A DNA stretch of 40,756 nt from Actinomycetota bacterium (GTDB lineage: Bacteria; Actinomycetota; Actinomycetes; S36-B12; UBA5976). The notes under the pieces were generated by a model that saw only the letters and a program-made list of their open reading frames with translations, made no database searches and had not been told where the DNA came from. This document shows positions 16,971 to 27,613 of the stretch, piece by piece. Made by a program: the position numbers and the translations under genes. The first letter of the stretch is position 1; each line of letters begins with the position of its first letter. The DNA lies in the NCBI GenBank assembly GCA_041181865.1, contig JBEGOT010000014.1:1-40756 (forward strand), read 5' to 3'.

Positions 16971-18023
16971 GTGAAGAAGGGTCTAAAACTCGCCTCTGTT
17001 CTCGCTGCAGCAGCACTTGTAATCAGTGCTTGCGGCGGCAGTAGCGATTCATCTGCGTCTGCTGAACCAACAAGTGCAGCTAGCGCAGTAAAAGTTGGTC
17101 TTGCATACGATACTGGCGGCAAGGGTGACGGTTCATTCAACGACGCTGCATACGCAGGTTTATCTCGTGCACAGTCTGAACTTGGTGTAGAAATCAAGGA
17201 AGTCGAAGCTGGCGCTGACGAAACCGATGCAAGCCGTGAAGAACGTCTACGTCTTCTAGCTTCAGAAGGTTACAACCCAGTTATCGCAGTTGGTTTCATG
17301 TACAGCACTGCTGTTGGAACAGTTGCTGCTGAATTCCCAGACACAACATTTGCAATCGTTGACTCAGTAGTCGAAGGTGCAAACGTAGGTAGCTTGGTAT
17401 TCGCTGCTGAACAAGGTTCATACCTAACAGGTGTAATCGCTGCAACAGCAAGCAAGTCAGGCAAGATTGGCTTCATCGGTGGTATGGAAATTCCACTAAT
17501 CAAGGCATTCGAAGCTGGCTACATCCAGGGTGCTAAGTCTGTTAACCCAGACATCGAAGTACTTTCTGAATACATGGGACCTGCTGGTGACAACACTGCA
17601 TGGAACGTTCCAGACAAGGCAAAGACTGCAACTGCAGCAATGATCGACAAGGGTGTTGACATCGCTTACGCAGCTGCTGGTGGTTCAGGTCTTGGTATGT
17701 TCCAAGCAATCCAAGCTGCTGGTGGACCTGAAAAGGGTCTATGGGCAATTGGTGTTGACTCAGATCAGTACACCGTTCCATCGCTAGCTGATGTTAAGGA
17801 TGTAATCCTTACTTCAATGCTTAAGCGTGTTGACGTAGCAGTATTCAGCGTGATCAAGGGCGTAGTTGATGGAGCACCACTAGTTGGCGTTCAGAACTTC
17901 GACCTAACTCGCGATGGCGTTGGCTACGCAGTATCTAACCCAGCTGTTAATGATTTCAAGGCTGCTGCTGATGCAGCCGCTGCAAAGATCAAGAGCGGTG
18001 AAGTTACGGTTGCTGCTGAGTAA
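16971..18023 (+). CDS. BMP family (PnrA/Med-like) ABC transporter substrate-binding lipoprotein, probably nucleoside-binding
   Basis: 350 aa with a GTG start 7 nt after GAGAGGAG. Signal peptide with lipobox LVISAC. BMP-family core (DTGGKGDGSFND, GFIGGMEIPLI). Confidence 0.9.
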   Translation: MKKGLKLASVLAAAALVISACGGSSDSSASAEPTSAASAVKVGLAYDTGGKGDGSFNDAAYAGLSRAQSELGVEIKEVEAGADETDASREERLRLLASEGYNPVIAVGFMYSTAVGTVAAEFPDTTFAIVDSVVEGANVGSLVFAAEQGSYLTGVIAATASKSGKIGFIGGMEIPLIKAFEAGYIQGAKSVNPDIEVLSEYMGPAGDNTAWNVPDKAKTATAAMIDKGVDIAYAAAGGSGLGMFQAIQAAGGPEKGLWAIGVDSDQYTVPSLADVKDVILTSMLKRVDVAVFSVIKGVVDGAPLVGVQNFDLTRDGVGYAVSNPAVNDFKAAADAAAAKIKSGEVTVAAE

Positions 18024-18043
18024 TCAGTAAAAACCAATTAGTT

Positions 18044-18080
18044 GGCTCGGGTGGATTTATCCACCCGAGCCACACTTTTT
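18044..18080 (+). terminator. Strong hairpin plus T-run between the binding-protein gene and the ATPase gene (intra-operon terminator/attenuator)
   Basis: 12-bp GC-rich stem ggctcgggtgga / tccacccgagcc with a ttta loop, followed by acacttttt. Confidence 0.7.
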
Positions 18081-18124
18081 CTCCCAGATAGTCGTAAGTT
18101 GGGACTAGCAAAAACCAAAAGAAA

Positions 18125-19666
18125 GTGGCGCTAAAGGCTATGTCAGATGCTCAAAATGCCGTTGAGTTAGTTGGAATCTGGAAACGGTTCCCCGGCGTTA
18201 TCGCAAATAGCAATGTCAATCTCAAAGTTGCCAAGGGCACAGTGCATGCAATCGTTGGTGAAAACGGTGCCGGTAAATCAACATTGATGAAAATTCTCTA
18301 CGGCATGCAAAAAGCCGACGAAGGTCAAATTCTGGTTAGCGGCAAAGCGCACGTGTTTGATTCACCATCTGATGCGATCGATGTTGGTATCGGCATGGTC
18401 CACCAACACTTCATGCTGGCTGACAATTTAACAGTTTTAGAAAACATTATTTTGGGCAGCGAAATGAAAAAGGGTTTGCGCCTTGATGTTTCTGGTGCAA
18501 AGAAAAAGATTTCTGAAATCGCAAAACAGTATGGGCTTGAACTTCCACTAGATGAATACGTTTCAGAATTTGGTGTTGGTGACCGACAACGTATTGAAAT
18601 TATTAAAGTGCTGTATCGCGGCGCAAATGTTTTAATTCTGGACGAACCAACTGCCGTTCTTGTTCCGCATGAAGTCGATGAATTATTCAAAGCACTTAAT
18701 GACTTAAAATCTGAAGGCATCACAATTATTTTCATCAGCCACAAACTTGATGAAGTACTAACTATCGCCGATGAAATTACAGTAATCCGTGCTGGATCAA
18801 CGGTTGGCACAGTAAATCCAAAAACACAAAAAGTAACGGCTGAAGATTTAGCCGAAATGATGGTTGGCAGTGAATTGCCAACACCCGCAACTTCAGAAAG
18901 TACTGTTACAGACAAAGTTGTTTTAGATGTTAAAGATTTAACTGTTACAGCTCACGGTGGAAAAGAAATTATTAACCACGTGAACTTCAAAATTCATGCT
19001 GGTGAAATTCTTGGTATTGCTGGGGTTGAAGGTAATGGCCAAGCAGAACTACTTGATGCACTGCTAGGTATTGAAAAATCAACCGGCACCGTGAAATTCC
19101 TGGATCAAGACATCTCTGATTGGTCTACGCGTAAGCGTCGTGAAAACGGAATCGCTTACATCCCTGAAGATCGCCAGCGCCAAGCGTTATTACTTGACGC
19201 CCCGCTTTGGGAAAATCGCATGCTTGGCCATCAAACCTTGCCACCAAACTCAAAAGGTTTTTGGTTAACCCCGCGCGCGGCCAAAGCAGATACGACGCGA
19301 ATTGTCTCTGAATATGACGTGCGCACACCAAGTATTGATGTTTACGCCAGTGCACTTTCTGGTGGTAACCAACAAAAACTAATTGTTGGTCGCGAGATGT
19401 CCGGTGAACCAAAACTATTAATTGCCGCTCACCCAACACGTGGTGTTGACGTGGGAGCGCAAGCAGCAATTTGGGACCACCTTCGCGCAGCACGTGCAGC
19501 AGGTCTTGCCGTTCTATTGATTAGTGCTGACCTGGATGAACTAATTGGGTTAAGTGATTCATTGAAGGTGATTTTGCGCGGAAAGTTTGTCGCAGATGCT
19601 GATCCGGCAACTGTGACACCGAAACAACTTGGAAATGCAATGACTGGTGCAGGAGCTGCTGCGTAA
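18125..19666 (+). CDS. ABC transporter ATP-binding protein with duplicated nucleotide-binding domains (sugar/nucleoside importer type)
   Basis: 513 aa. Walker A GENGAGKST, Walker B ILILDEPT, and second-half signature LSGGNQQK. GTG at 18125 or ATG at 18140 are both possible starts. Confidence 0.92.
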   Translation: MALKAMSDAQNAVELVGIWKRFPGVIANSNVNLKVAKGTVHAIVGENGAGKSTLMKILYGMQKADEGQILVSGKAHVFDSPSDAIDVGIGMVHQHFMLADNLTVLENIILGSEMKKGLRLDVSGAKKKISEIAKQYGLELPLDEYVSEFGVGDRQRIEIIKVLYRGANVLILDEPTAVLVPHEVDELFKALNDLKSEGITIIFISHKLDEVLTIADEITVIRAGSTVGTVNPKTQKVTAEDLAEMMVGSELPTPATSESTVTDKVVLDVKDLTVTAHGGKEIINHVNFKIHAGEILGIAGVEGNGQAELLDALLGIEKSTGTVKFLDQDISDWSTRKRRENGIAYIPEDRQRQALLLDAPLWENRMLGHQTLPPNSKGFWLTPRAAKADTTRIVSEYDVRTPSIDVYASALSGGNQQKLIVGREMSGEPKLLIAAHPTRGVDVGAQAAIWDHLRAARAAGLAVLLISADLDELIGLSDSLKVILRGKFVADADPATVTPKQLGNAMTGAGAAA

Positions 19667-20760
19667 TGAAACTTCGTAAATTAGTTGATGTTCTAGCTGC
19701 TCCACTTTTAGCAATTGTGTTTTCGCTAATTGTCACAGGCGTTATTTTGGCTTCTTTTGGTGCAAACATTTTTGAAGTCTTTAGTCGAATGTTTGATTAC
19801 GGAACTTCAACTCGTTCATTGACCTTAATCACAAACACCGCAACCACTTATTACTTAAGCGCTGTCGCTGTTGCAATTGGTTTTAAAATGAACATTTTTA
19901 ATATTGGTGTTAATGGCCAATATCGTTTGGCAGCAATGACTGCCGCCGCAGTTGCCGGTTGGATAGCAATGCCTGGTCCACTTTCAGCTGTTGCTGCGAT
20001 TTTGGTTGCAATGTTTGTTGGTGCACTTTGGGCTGGTGTTGCTGCTTGGTTAAAAGTTGTTCGCGGAATTAGTGAAGTTATTTCAACGATCATGCTTAAC
20101 TACCTTGCAATTGGTGTGATTAGTTACGTAATAGTTCAGACTGGAATTGGTACTGAAGTAAAACTAAATGTTCGTGGAACACCCAAAATTCAAGAAGGTG
20201 CACGTCTTGCTGGCTATGCACTAATCGATCCAAAAGTTAAGGTTTACGGTTTCTTCTTTATTGCAATTGCTGTTGGCATTATTTATTGGGTTGTTTTAAA
20301 TCGAACCCGATTTGGTTATGACCTTCGCGCAAGTGGACTTTCACCATCTGCGGCCACTGCAAGCGGTGTTAACAGTAAGCGCATGGTTATTTATTCAATG
20401 CTTGCTTCTGGTGCGATTGCTGGCTTAGTAGGGTTACCGGACTTACTTGGTAAAGAGTTTTCTTACACGCTCAACTTCCCAGCCAACTACGGTTTCACTG
20501 GAATAGCAGTTGCATTGCTTGGTCGAAATAATCCAATCGGTATTGCATTTGGTGCATTGCTTTGGGCGTTCTTAGATATCTCAAGTCAGATTCTTGACTT
20601 AGAAGGTGTGCCAAGAGAAATCGTGACAATTATGCAAGGTGTGATCGTACTTTCAGTAGTGGTTGCATACGAATTAGTTCGTCGCAATCGAGTTCGCACT
20701 CAACAGCAAAATGTTGGCAAAGCTTTGGCCTCTACATCAACTAATGAAGGGAGCAAGTAA
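19666..20760 (+). CDS. ABC transporter permease (BMP-type importer, subunit 1)
   Basis: 364-aa polytopic ORF. TAATG stop/start overlap with the ATPase gene. Confidence 0.9.
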   Translation: MKLRKLVDVLAAPLLAIVFSLIVTGVILASFGANIFEVFSRMFDYGTSTRSLTLITNTATTYYLSAVAVAIGFKMNIFNIGVNGQYRLAAMTAAAVAGWIAMPGPLSAVAAILVAMFVGALWAGVAAWLKVVRGISEVISTIMLNYLAIGVISYVIVQTGIGTEVKLNVRGTPKIQEGARLAGYALIDPKVKVYGFFFIAIAVGIIYWVVLNRTRFGYDLRASGLSPSAATASGVNSKRMVIYSMLASGAIAGLVGLPDLLGKEFSYTLNFPANYGFTGIAVALLGRNNPIGIAFGALLWAFLDISSQILDLEGVPREIVTIMQGVIVLSVVVAYELVRRNRVRTQQQNVGKALASTSTNEGSK

Positions 20761-21983
20761 TGGCTCGCATTTCTTTACCGCAGGCAAAGTTTGTTCGCAT
20801 TAGTTTGTTGTTACTTGCAGGTATCACTGCACTTTCACTAGCTCGAACTTTTGCTGACACTGCTGACTTAAGCAGCACTGGAACTATTGGTGCTGCAGTT
20901 GGTTTAGCAGTGCCTATTGGTTTAGCTGGGCTTGGTGGTATTTGGTCTGAAAGATCAGGTATTGCCAACATCGGTCTTGAAGGCATGATGATCCTGGGAA
21001 CTTTCGGTGCTGGTTGGGCTGGATGGCAATGGGGTCCATGGGCTGGCGTCGCAGCTGCAGTTATTTATGGCGCACTTGGTGCTTTCATTTTTGCCGTTGT
21101 GACAGTTTCATTTGGTGTTGATCAAATCATCGCTGGTACTGCAATTAACATTCTTGGTTTTGGCATCACTCAATTCTTGGCAAAACTTGCATTTGAAAAT
21201 GCTCCTGGCGGTGGTCAAACACAATCGCCACCAGTTTCGGCACTTCCTTCGATCACAATTTCAGCGATTTCAGATCCACTTTCAAATCTGCAAAAGCAAG
21301 GAATTTTCATCATTAGTGATGCAGCTGGATTGCTTTCTGGATTCTTTTTCCAGGTTTCGATAATTACGTTGCTTGCAATTGCAATGTTCGTACTCACTGC
21401 ATTTATTCTTTGGCGAACTTCATTTGGTCTTCGTATGCGAAGCGCTGGAGAAAATCCATGGGCAGCTGAATCACTTGGTGTGAACGTTTATAAGTACAAA
21501 TACATTGCAGTGACTACTTCGGGTGCACTTGCTGGTTTAGCTGGTGCATACCTAGCAATTGTTGGTACCAACGTATATCGCGAAGGACAAACTGCAGGTC
21601 GTGGTTATATCGGTCTAGCGACAATGATTTTCGGTAACTGGAGACCAGGTGGTACTGCCGCCGGTGCTTCTATTTTTGGATACATCGATGCATTGCAACT
21701 ACGTTCGAAATCAAATATTTCTGGTTTGGCATTACTTGGCGCAATTATTTTGATTGCAATTGCAATCATGATGTTGCTTCGTGGCATGCGTGGAACCGGT
21801 GCCGCACTTGGTTTACTTGGCGCCGCATTATTAAGTGCATTCTTATTAACTACAAAGTTGCCAACTGAAGTTGCACTTGTTGCACCATATGTAACAACAC
21901 TTCTAGTACTAGCTACTGCATCTCAGAGTTTGAGGCCACCTGCAGCTGATGGTGTGATTTATCGCCGTGGCGAGGCACACTAA
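20760..21983 (+). CDS. ABC transporter permease (BMP-type importer, subunit 2)
   Basis: 407-aa polytopic ORF. TAATG overlaps at both ends. Confidence 0.9.
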   Translation: MARISLPQAKFVRISLLLLAGITALSLARTFADTADLSSTGTIGAAVGLAVPIGLAGLGGIWSERSGIANIGLEGMMILGTFGAGWAGWQWGPWAGVAAAVIYGALGAFIFAVVTVSFGVDQIIAGTAINILGFGITQFLAKLAFENAPGGGQTQSPPVSALPSITISAISDPLSNLQKQGIFIISDAAGLLSGFFFQVSIITLLAIAMFVLTAFILWRTSFGLRMRSAGENPWAAESLGVNVYKYKYIAVTTSGALAGLAGAYLAIVGTNVYREGQTAGRGYIGLATMIFGNWRPGGTAAGASIFGYIDALQLRSKSNISGLALLGAIILIAIAIMMLLRGMRGTGAALGLLGAALLSAFLLTTKLPTEVALVAPYVTTLLVLATASQSLRPPAADGVIYRRGEAH

Positions 21984-22378
21984 TGAATATTGATTGGGAT
22001 GCATTGCGTGAACATGCGCGCACTGCAATGAAGCAGGCTTATGCGCCCTATTCAGATTTCCCAGTCGGTGTTGCTGCGCTAGTTGATGATGGACGAATCG
22101 TCACTGGTTGCAATGTTGAGAATGCATCTTACGGAATTGGGCTTTGCGCTGAATGCGGATTAGTCTCTAATTTAATTCTTAGTGGCGGCGGAAAACTTGT
22201 TGCGGTTGCTTGCGTTGATCGAAATGGCATGGCGCTGATGCCATGTGGTCGTTGTCGCCAATTGTTATGGGAACATGGCGGAGCAAACTGTTTATTAGAT
22301 TCAGTTTCTGGCATTAAACCAATGAGTGAAATCTTGCCTGATGCGTTTGGGCCAGATGATTTAATTACTCGCAAATAA
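21983..22378 (+). CDS. cdd: Cytidine deaminase
   Basis: 131 aa. Zinc-ligand motifs CAECG and PCGRCRQ. Confidence 0.93.
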   Translation: MNIDWDALREHARTAMKQAYAPYSDFPVGVAALVDDGRIVTGCNVENASYGIGLCAECGLVSNLILSGGGKLVAVACVDRNGMALMPCGRCRQLLWEHGGANCLLDSVSGIKPMSEILPDAFGPDDLITRK

Positions 22379-22401
22379 AACGCCAGTAACCAACTTTCAT
22401 T

Positions 22402-23727
22402 TTGCGTGGCAAGATGGGGGTAATGAACAGTTCAAAGCCTGAACCATTTGCCGCACCTGAAGTTATTGCGGTTAAACGCGATCGTGGCGAATTAAGCGAT
22501 GCTCAAATCGATTGGTTTGTTGATGCTTACGTTCGAAATGTAATTGCTGAAGAACAAATGTCTTCGATGGCAATGGCAATTTTGTTGAACGGAATGACTC
22601 GTCGCGAGATTGTTCGCTGGACGCAAGGCTATATAAATTCTGGCGAAACTATGGACTGGTCCAAACTTTCCAGGCCAACTGCAGATAAACATTCAACTGG
22701 CGGTGTTGGTGACAAAATAACTTTGCCGCTTGCCCCACTTGTTGCAGCCTGCGGTGTTAGCGTTCCGCAACTTTCTGGACGGGGACTTGGCCATACTGGC
22801 GGAACTTTAGACAAACTTGAATCAATCAAAGGCTGGAAGGCCAAATTAACTAACCAAGAAATGTTTGACGTGCTGAATCAAACGGGAGCTGTTATTTGCG
22901 CAGCAAGTGAAACTCTCGCGCCAGCTGACAGACGTATTTATGCACTTAGAGATGTGACTGGAACTGTTGAATCAATTCCATTAATTTCTGCATCAATTAT
23001 GAGCAAGAAGATCGCCGAAGGAACCAGCGCGCTAGTACTTGATGTGAAAGTTGGCTCTGGGGCTTTTATGAAAACGATTGACCAGGCACGTGAACTTGCA
23101 ACCACAATGGTTGCCATTGGAAACGATGCTGGTGTTAAAACTCGAGCCTTGTTAACTGCAATGGATGTTCCACTTGGTCGCACAGCTGGTAACGCACTTG
23201 AAGTTGCTGAAGCGATTGAAGTTTTAAGTGGCGGCGGACCAAGCGATGTAGTTGAATTAACGGTTTTGCTTGCCCGAGAAATGCTTGAAGCATCTGGTGC
23301 TCCAAATACTAAAGATCCAATTGATGCACTTAAAGATGGTTCTGCCATGGATGTTTGGAAAAAAATGATTAGCGCTCAGGGTGGCAATAATGATGCACCG
23401 CTTCCAAAAGCAAGAGAAACACATGAAGTCAAAGCAGACAAAGATGGTTACTTAACCAAACTTGACGCCCTAAGCTTTGGAGTTGCTTCATGGCGACTTG
23501 GTGCAGGCCGGGCACGAAAAGAAGATTTGGTCCAAGCAGGTGCTGGAATTACATGGACTGCAGTACCTGGTGATGAAGTCAAAAAAGGACAAACTCTATT
23601 TACTCTGCACACAGATGAGCCAGCCAGATTTGAACTTGCATTGCAGTCATTGATGTCTGGATTTGAAATTGGAACTAAAGAACAAGTGAACGATAGATTC
23701 CCACTTGTCATTGATCGAATCGTTTAA
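22402..23727 (+). CDS. deoA: Thymidine (pyrimidine-nucleoside) phosphorylase
   Basis: 441 aa with KHSTGGVGDK, SGRGLGHTGGTLDKLE and the IMSKK region. The true start may be ATG at 22414 or 22423 rather than TTG at 22402. Confidence 0.93.
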   Translation: MRGKMGVMNSSKPEPFAAPEVIAVKRDRGELSDAQIDWFVDAYVRNVIAEEQMSSMAMAILLNGMTRREIVRWTQGYINSGETMDWSKLSRPTADKHSTGGVGDKITLPLAPLVAACGVSVPQLSGRGLGHTGGTLDKLESIKGWKAKLTNQEMFDVLNQTGAVICAASETLAPADRRIYALRDVTGTVESIPLISASIMSKKIAEGTSALVLDVKVGSGAFMKTIDQARELATTMVAIGNDAGVKTRALLTAMDVPLGRTAGNALEVAEAIEVLSGGGPSDVVELTVLLAREMLEASGAPNTKDPIDALKDGSAMDVWKKMISAQGGNNDAPLPKARETHEVKADKDGYLTKLDALSFGVASWRLGAGRARKEDLVQAGAGITWTAVPGDEVKKGQTLFTLHTDEPARFELALQSLMSGFEIGTKEQVNDRFPLVIDRIV

Positions 23728-23754
23728 TAACCATAAATAGATAGAGTAAGCAGC

Positions 23755-24108
23755 ATGCCTCAAGTAATTAGTTCACCGACACTTATCCCTGTTCCTGGTG
23801 GAAAAACCATCGAAGAATTCATCGGGCATGTAAATAGCGGCGATTCAAAAGTTTCAGTTGCTGTTATGCATGCGCCCGCTGGTTGGAGTGAGCCTGCTCA
23901 AACCCCGCAGTTTGATGAATACACAATTGTTTTAAGTGGCGCTCTTGAGATTGAACATGAAGGCGGAACGACCACAGTCAAAGGTGGACAAGCAATTCTT
24001 ACCCGCGCTGGTGAACGAGTTCGCTATTTAACTAAAGAAGATGCGCATTACGTGGCCATATGTTTGCCAGCTTTTTCACCAGATTTAGTTAACCGAGAAG
24101 ATGACTAA
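23755..24108 (+). CDS. Small cupin-fold protein of unknown function
   Basis: 117 aa. By hand it aligns to cupin motif 1 as G-x5-Q-x-P-x3-E-x6-G ([21 protein letters not shown]) and to a degenerate motif 2 ([13 protein letters not shown]). TAATG overlap with add. Confidence 0.6.
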   Translation: MPQVISSPTLIPVPGGKTIEEFIGHVNSGDSKVSVAVMHAPAGWSEPAQTPQFDEYTIVLSGALEIEHEGGTTTVKGGQAILTRAGERVRYLTKEDAHYVAICLPAFSPDLVNREDD

Positions 24109-25196
24109 TGCTGACCAACGAAATTATTAAACAAGCTCCAAAGGCTCTTTTGCACGATCATTTAGATGGTGGGCTGCGCGTTAGCACAATTTTGGAACTA
24201 GCTAAAGAAAATAGCTACACCAAACTGCCTTTTGACAATGAAAAAGAATTAGCCGATTGGTTTCACACAGCTGTTCAAGGTTCACTTGAAATTTATTTAG
24301 AAACTTTTGCTCACACAGTCGGCGTGATGCAAACAGCAGATGCAATCACTCGGGTTGCCCGCGAATGCGTAGAAGATTTAGCAAATGATGGCGTGGTTTA
24401 CGCCGAAGTTCGATTTGCCCCAGAACTTCACACTTCTAAAGGTTTGTCGTACGAACAAGTAATCGATGCAGTACTTAAAGGTTTCAAAGAAGGCGAATCG
24501 ATTAGTGCTGCAAATGGTCACAAAATTAAAGTTGGCGCACTATTAACTGCAATGCGCATGGCAGATGTATCACTGAAAATTGCCAAACTCGTGGTGAAGT
24601 ATCGCCATCAAGGTGTTGTTGGTTTTGACATCGCAGGTAAAGAGAAAGGCTACCCACCAACTGAGCACTTAGATGCATTCCAATATCTGCAACGCGAAAA
24701 TGCTCACTTCACAATTCACGCTGGTGAAGCTTTTGGTTTAAAAAGTATTTGGGAAGCGATTCAATACTGTGGTACTGAACGTTTGGGTCACGGGGTTCGA
24801 ATCATTGATGACATAACTGTTAATGCTGATGGCTCGGTAATTCTTGGAGATTTAGCCGCTTATGTGAGGGATCGTCGCATCCCACTAGAACTTTGTCCTA
24901 AATCCAATGTTGATACCGGTGCAGCTGAAAGCATTGCCAAACATCCAATTGGATTGCTTCGTAAACTTAATTTTCGTGTGACTTTAAATACTGACAATAG
25001 ATTGATGTCAGATACTTCAATGTCAAAAGAAATGGGTTGGCTTGCCCAAGCTTTTGACTACACGTTAAAAGATTTTGAATGGCTAACTATCAATAGCCTC
25101 AAGAGTTCATTTATTCCATTTGATGAACGCTTAGACATTATTAATAATGTGGTTAAGCCTGGCTATGCCAAACTTCGCGCAGAATACGGGCTTTAG
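24108..25196 (+). CDS. add: Adenosine deaminase
   Basis: 362 aa with N-terminal LHDHLDG, HAGE, and the TLNTDN metal/catalytic motif context. Confidence 0.93.
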   Translation: MLTNEIIKQAPKALLHDHLDGGLRVSTILELAKENSYTKLPFDNEKELADWFHTAVQGSLEIYLETFAHTVGVMQTADAITRVARECVEDLANDGVVYAEVRFAPELHTSKGLSYEQVIDAVLKGFKEGESISAANGHKIKVGALLTAMRMADVSLKIAKLVVKYRHQGVVGFDIAGKEKGYPPTEHLDAFQYLQRENAHFTIHAGEAFGLKSIWEAIQYCGTERLGHGVRIIDDITVNADGSVILGDLAAYVRDRRIPLELCPKSNVDTGAAESIAKHPIGLLRKLNFRVTLNTDNRLMSDTSMSKEMGWLAQAFDYTLKDFEWLTINSLKSSFIPFDERLDIINNVVKPGYAKLRAEYGL

Positions 25197-25864
25197 TAAT
25201 TCCCTGATGCGGTTACGCCATCAAGCACAGCTCTAGTTCCGGATAACCCTAAGCGCGTAGCGCCTGCGGCAATAAGTTCAAGGGCAAATTCTGCAGTTCG
25301 AATGCCACCACTTGCCTTTATTCCCAGGCGACCACCAACTGTTGCTTGCATAATTTCGATCGCTCGAATTTCAGCGCCACCTGCTGGGTGAAATCCGGTG
25401 GATGTTTTAACAAAGTTGGCGCCCGCAAATTCTGCTGCCATGCATGCGCTTTTGATTTGATCATCATTCAAAGCGGCGGTTTCCAAAATAACTTTTAACA
25501 ATTTTCCTTTTGTTGCTTTCCGGACCGCTGCAATATCGCTTTGCACATAATCCCAATCACCCATCACGGCTCTGCCGACATCGATCACCATGTCGACTTC
25601 ATCAGCGCCTTGGGCTACTGAAAGAGCGGCTTCAGCTGCTTTAATTTCACTTTCATGTTTCCCGCTTGGAAAACCACAAACGGTTGCAACGGCAACTCCA
25701 TTTGTTACATTTGCTCGCGCAGTTTCAACAAAAGTTGGTGATACGCAAACTGAAAATGTTCCAAGTTCACTTGCTTCTTGGCATAACGAAATTACATCAG
25801 CTGCAGTAGCTTCTGGTTTCAGTAAAGTGTGGTCAACAAGTTTGGCCAGGGCTGCGCGATCCAT
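25193..25864 (-). CDS. deoC: Deoxyribose-phosphate aldolase
   Basis: 223 aa with [15 protein letters not shown] (Schiff-base lysine context) and KASGGIR. Confidence 0.93.
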   Translation of the reverse strand: MDRAALAKLVDHTLLKPEATAADVISLCQEASELGTFSVCVSPTFVETARANVTNGVAVATVCGFPSGKHESEIKAAEAALSVAQGADEVDMVIDVGRAVMGDWDYVQSDIAAVRKATKGKLLKVILETAALNDDQIKSACMAAEFAGANFVKTSTGFHPAGGAEIRAIEIMQATVGGRLGIKASGGIRTAEFALELIAAGATRLGLSGTRAVLDGVTASGNY

Positions 25865-27567
25865 TAATTTCCTCCAGTTAAAAGCGGCTGCGCATCACGA
25901 GCGATTTCACTTAATTCCTGTGCAGCTAATGCGCGACCAGAATTCAAATTATCTGTGTTTGCAACCACTTCAAGGTAGCATTTAATTTTTGGTTCAGTTC
26001 CACTTGGCCTAACTATTACGCGCCCACGTGATATTTCTCTTGACCCAGTTAGATAAAAAATAATTCCATCTGTTGGTGGCAAGCCGCTTTCAGGTTTGGA
26101 TAAATCAATTACTGAATTAACCACAAGATTTCCAAATTTCTTTGGCGGATTAGTTCGTAAATTTCCCATAACTTTAGGCACTACTGTGATGTCAGTAACT
26201 CGCACTGAAACTTGATCGCTTACAAATAATCCATACTCAAGGGCAAGTTCATCGAGCTTTTGCCAAATATTCTTTCCTTGGCTTTTAAGTACTGAAGCCA
26301 TTTCAACAAACATTGCAGCAGCTGAAATTCCATCTTTATCGCCAACACTTGTTGGATCTATGCAATACCCAAGAGCTTCTTCATATCCAAAAACTAAATT
26401 TGGCACGCGACTTACCCATTTGAATCCGGTCAAAGTGTGTTCGTATTTAAATCCATTGTTGCTAGCAATCACTTCAAGCATCATCGATGAAACGATCGAA
26501 CTTGCCAGAGTTCCGCTTAGTTTTTGGTCTGTAAGTTTTGCTCGCTGGCCAATCCACCAGCCAAGCAGAATACCGACTTGATCGCCTCGAAGCATTTTCC
26601 AATCGTTATTTGTGGTTGGCAAAGCAACAGCTAGTCGATCCGCATCTGGATCATTGGCAAGCAATACGTCGGCATTTTCTTTTAAGGCTTGTTCAATCGA
26701 AAGATCGAGAGCACCTTTTTCTTCTGGATTTGGAAATGCAACTGTTGGAAAAGCAGGATCGGGATCACGTTGTTCAACTACCGCAATTGGCACGTTCAAT
26801 TCACATTCAAGAAAAACGTCTTTTAGTGTTTGCCAACCAACGCCATGCATTGCTGTGTAAACAGTTTTAATATTTTTGCGATCATTTGAATTTGTTGGTC
26901 CGACATTAATAATTTTTGCTACCGATTCAACATAAGCTGCTTCACAACTTGCCGGAGCAATCTCTACTTCAGTTCCACGTTTAAGAATGCGAACGTCTTT
27001 TATTTTTCTGATTTGCGCAGAAATTTCTTGATCAGCAGGTGGAACTATTTGACGTCCATCACCTAAATAAACTTTGTATCCATTATCTTGTGGTGGGTTA
27101 TGACTTGCTGTGACCATAATTCCCGCGCAAGTTTCTAAATCTCTAATTGCAAAAGCAAGGACTGGAGTTGGAACAACGTGATCGAAAATTACTGGAATAA
27201 ATCCATTTCCTGCTAAAACTTCAGCTGAATCTTTTGCAAAAACATCGCTGTTATATCGAGCGTCATACCCAATAACAACCTTTTGACCAGAAAGACCTTT
27301 TTGCTTCAAGTACTCAACTAAGCCGCCAATTGCCTGAAGTACAGTCACGCGGTTCATCCGATTTGGCCCAGGTCCTAATGCACCACGCAATCCGGCAGTT
27401 CCGAATTCAAGCGGCGCACGAAACGAATCTTGTAATTCAATAAGTGCAGCGCCATCGCCATTCTTAGCAGCATCAACTAATTGCGATAATTTCCCGCGGG
27501 TTACTGAATCTGGATCTTGTTCAAGCCAGTTGTCTATTTGTACTAATAGTTCAGTATTTATCTGCAC
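25864..27567 (-). CDS. Alpha-D-phosphohexomutase superfamily phosphosugar mutase (probable phosphopentomutase/phosphomannomutase role)
   Basis: 567 aa. Active-site loop [13 protein letters not shown] and metal loop NDPDADR. Its stop overlaps the deoC start (TAATG on the minus strand). Confidence 0.88.
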   Translation of the reverse strand: MQINTELLVQIDNWLEQDPDSVTRGKLSQLVDAAKNGDGAALIELQDSFRAPLEFGTAGLRGALGPGPNRMNRVTVLQAIGGLVEYLKQKGLSGQKVVIGYDARYNSDVFAKDSAEVLAGNGFIPVIFDHVVPTPVLAFAIRDLETCAGIMVTASHNPPQDNGYKVYLGDGRQIVPPADQEISAQIRKIKDVRILKRGTEVEIAPASCEAAYVESVAKIINVGPTNSNDRKNIKTVYTAMHGVGWQTLKDVFLECELNVPIAVVEQRDPDPAFPTVAFPNPEEKGALDLSIEQALKENADVLLANDPDADRLAVALPTTNNDWKMLRGDQVGILLGWWIGQRAKLTDQKLSGTLASSIVSSMMLEVIASNNGFKYEHTLTGFKWVSRVPNLVFGYEEALGYCIDPTSVGDKDGISAAAMFVEMASVLKSQGKNIWQKLDELALEYGLFVSDQVSVRVTDITVVPKVMGNLRTNPPKKFGNLVVNSVIDLSKPESGLPPTDGIIFYLTGSREISRGRVIVRPSGTEPKIKCYLEVVANTDNLNSGRALAAQELSEIARDAQPLLTGGN

Positions 27568-27613
27568 TAATTAAGCCTACGCCTAATAAAAATAATCAGA
27601 GTAAAATTACTAA

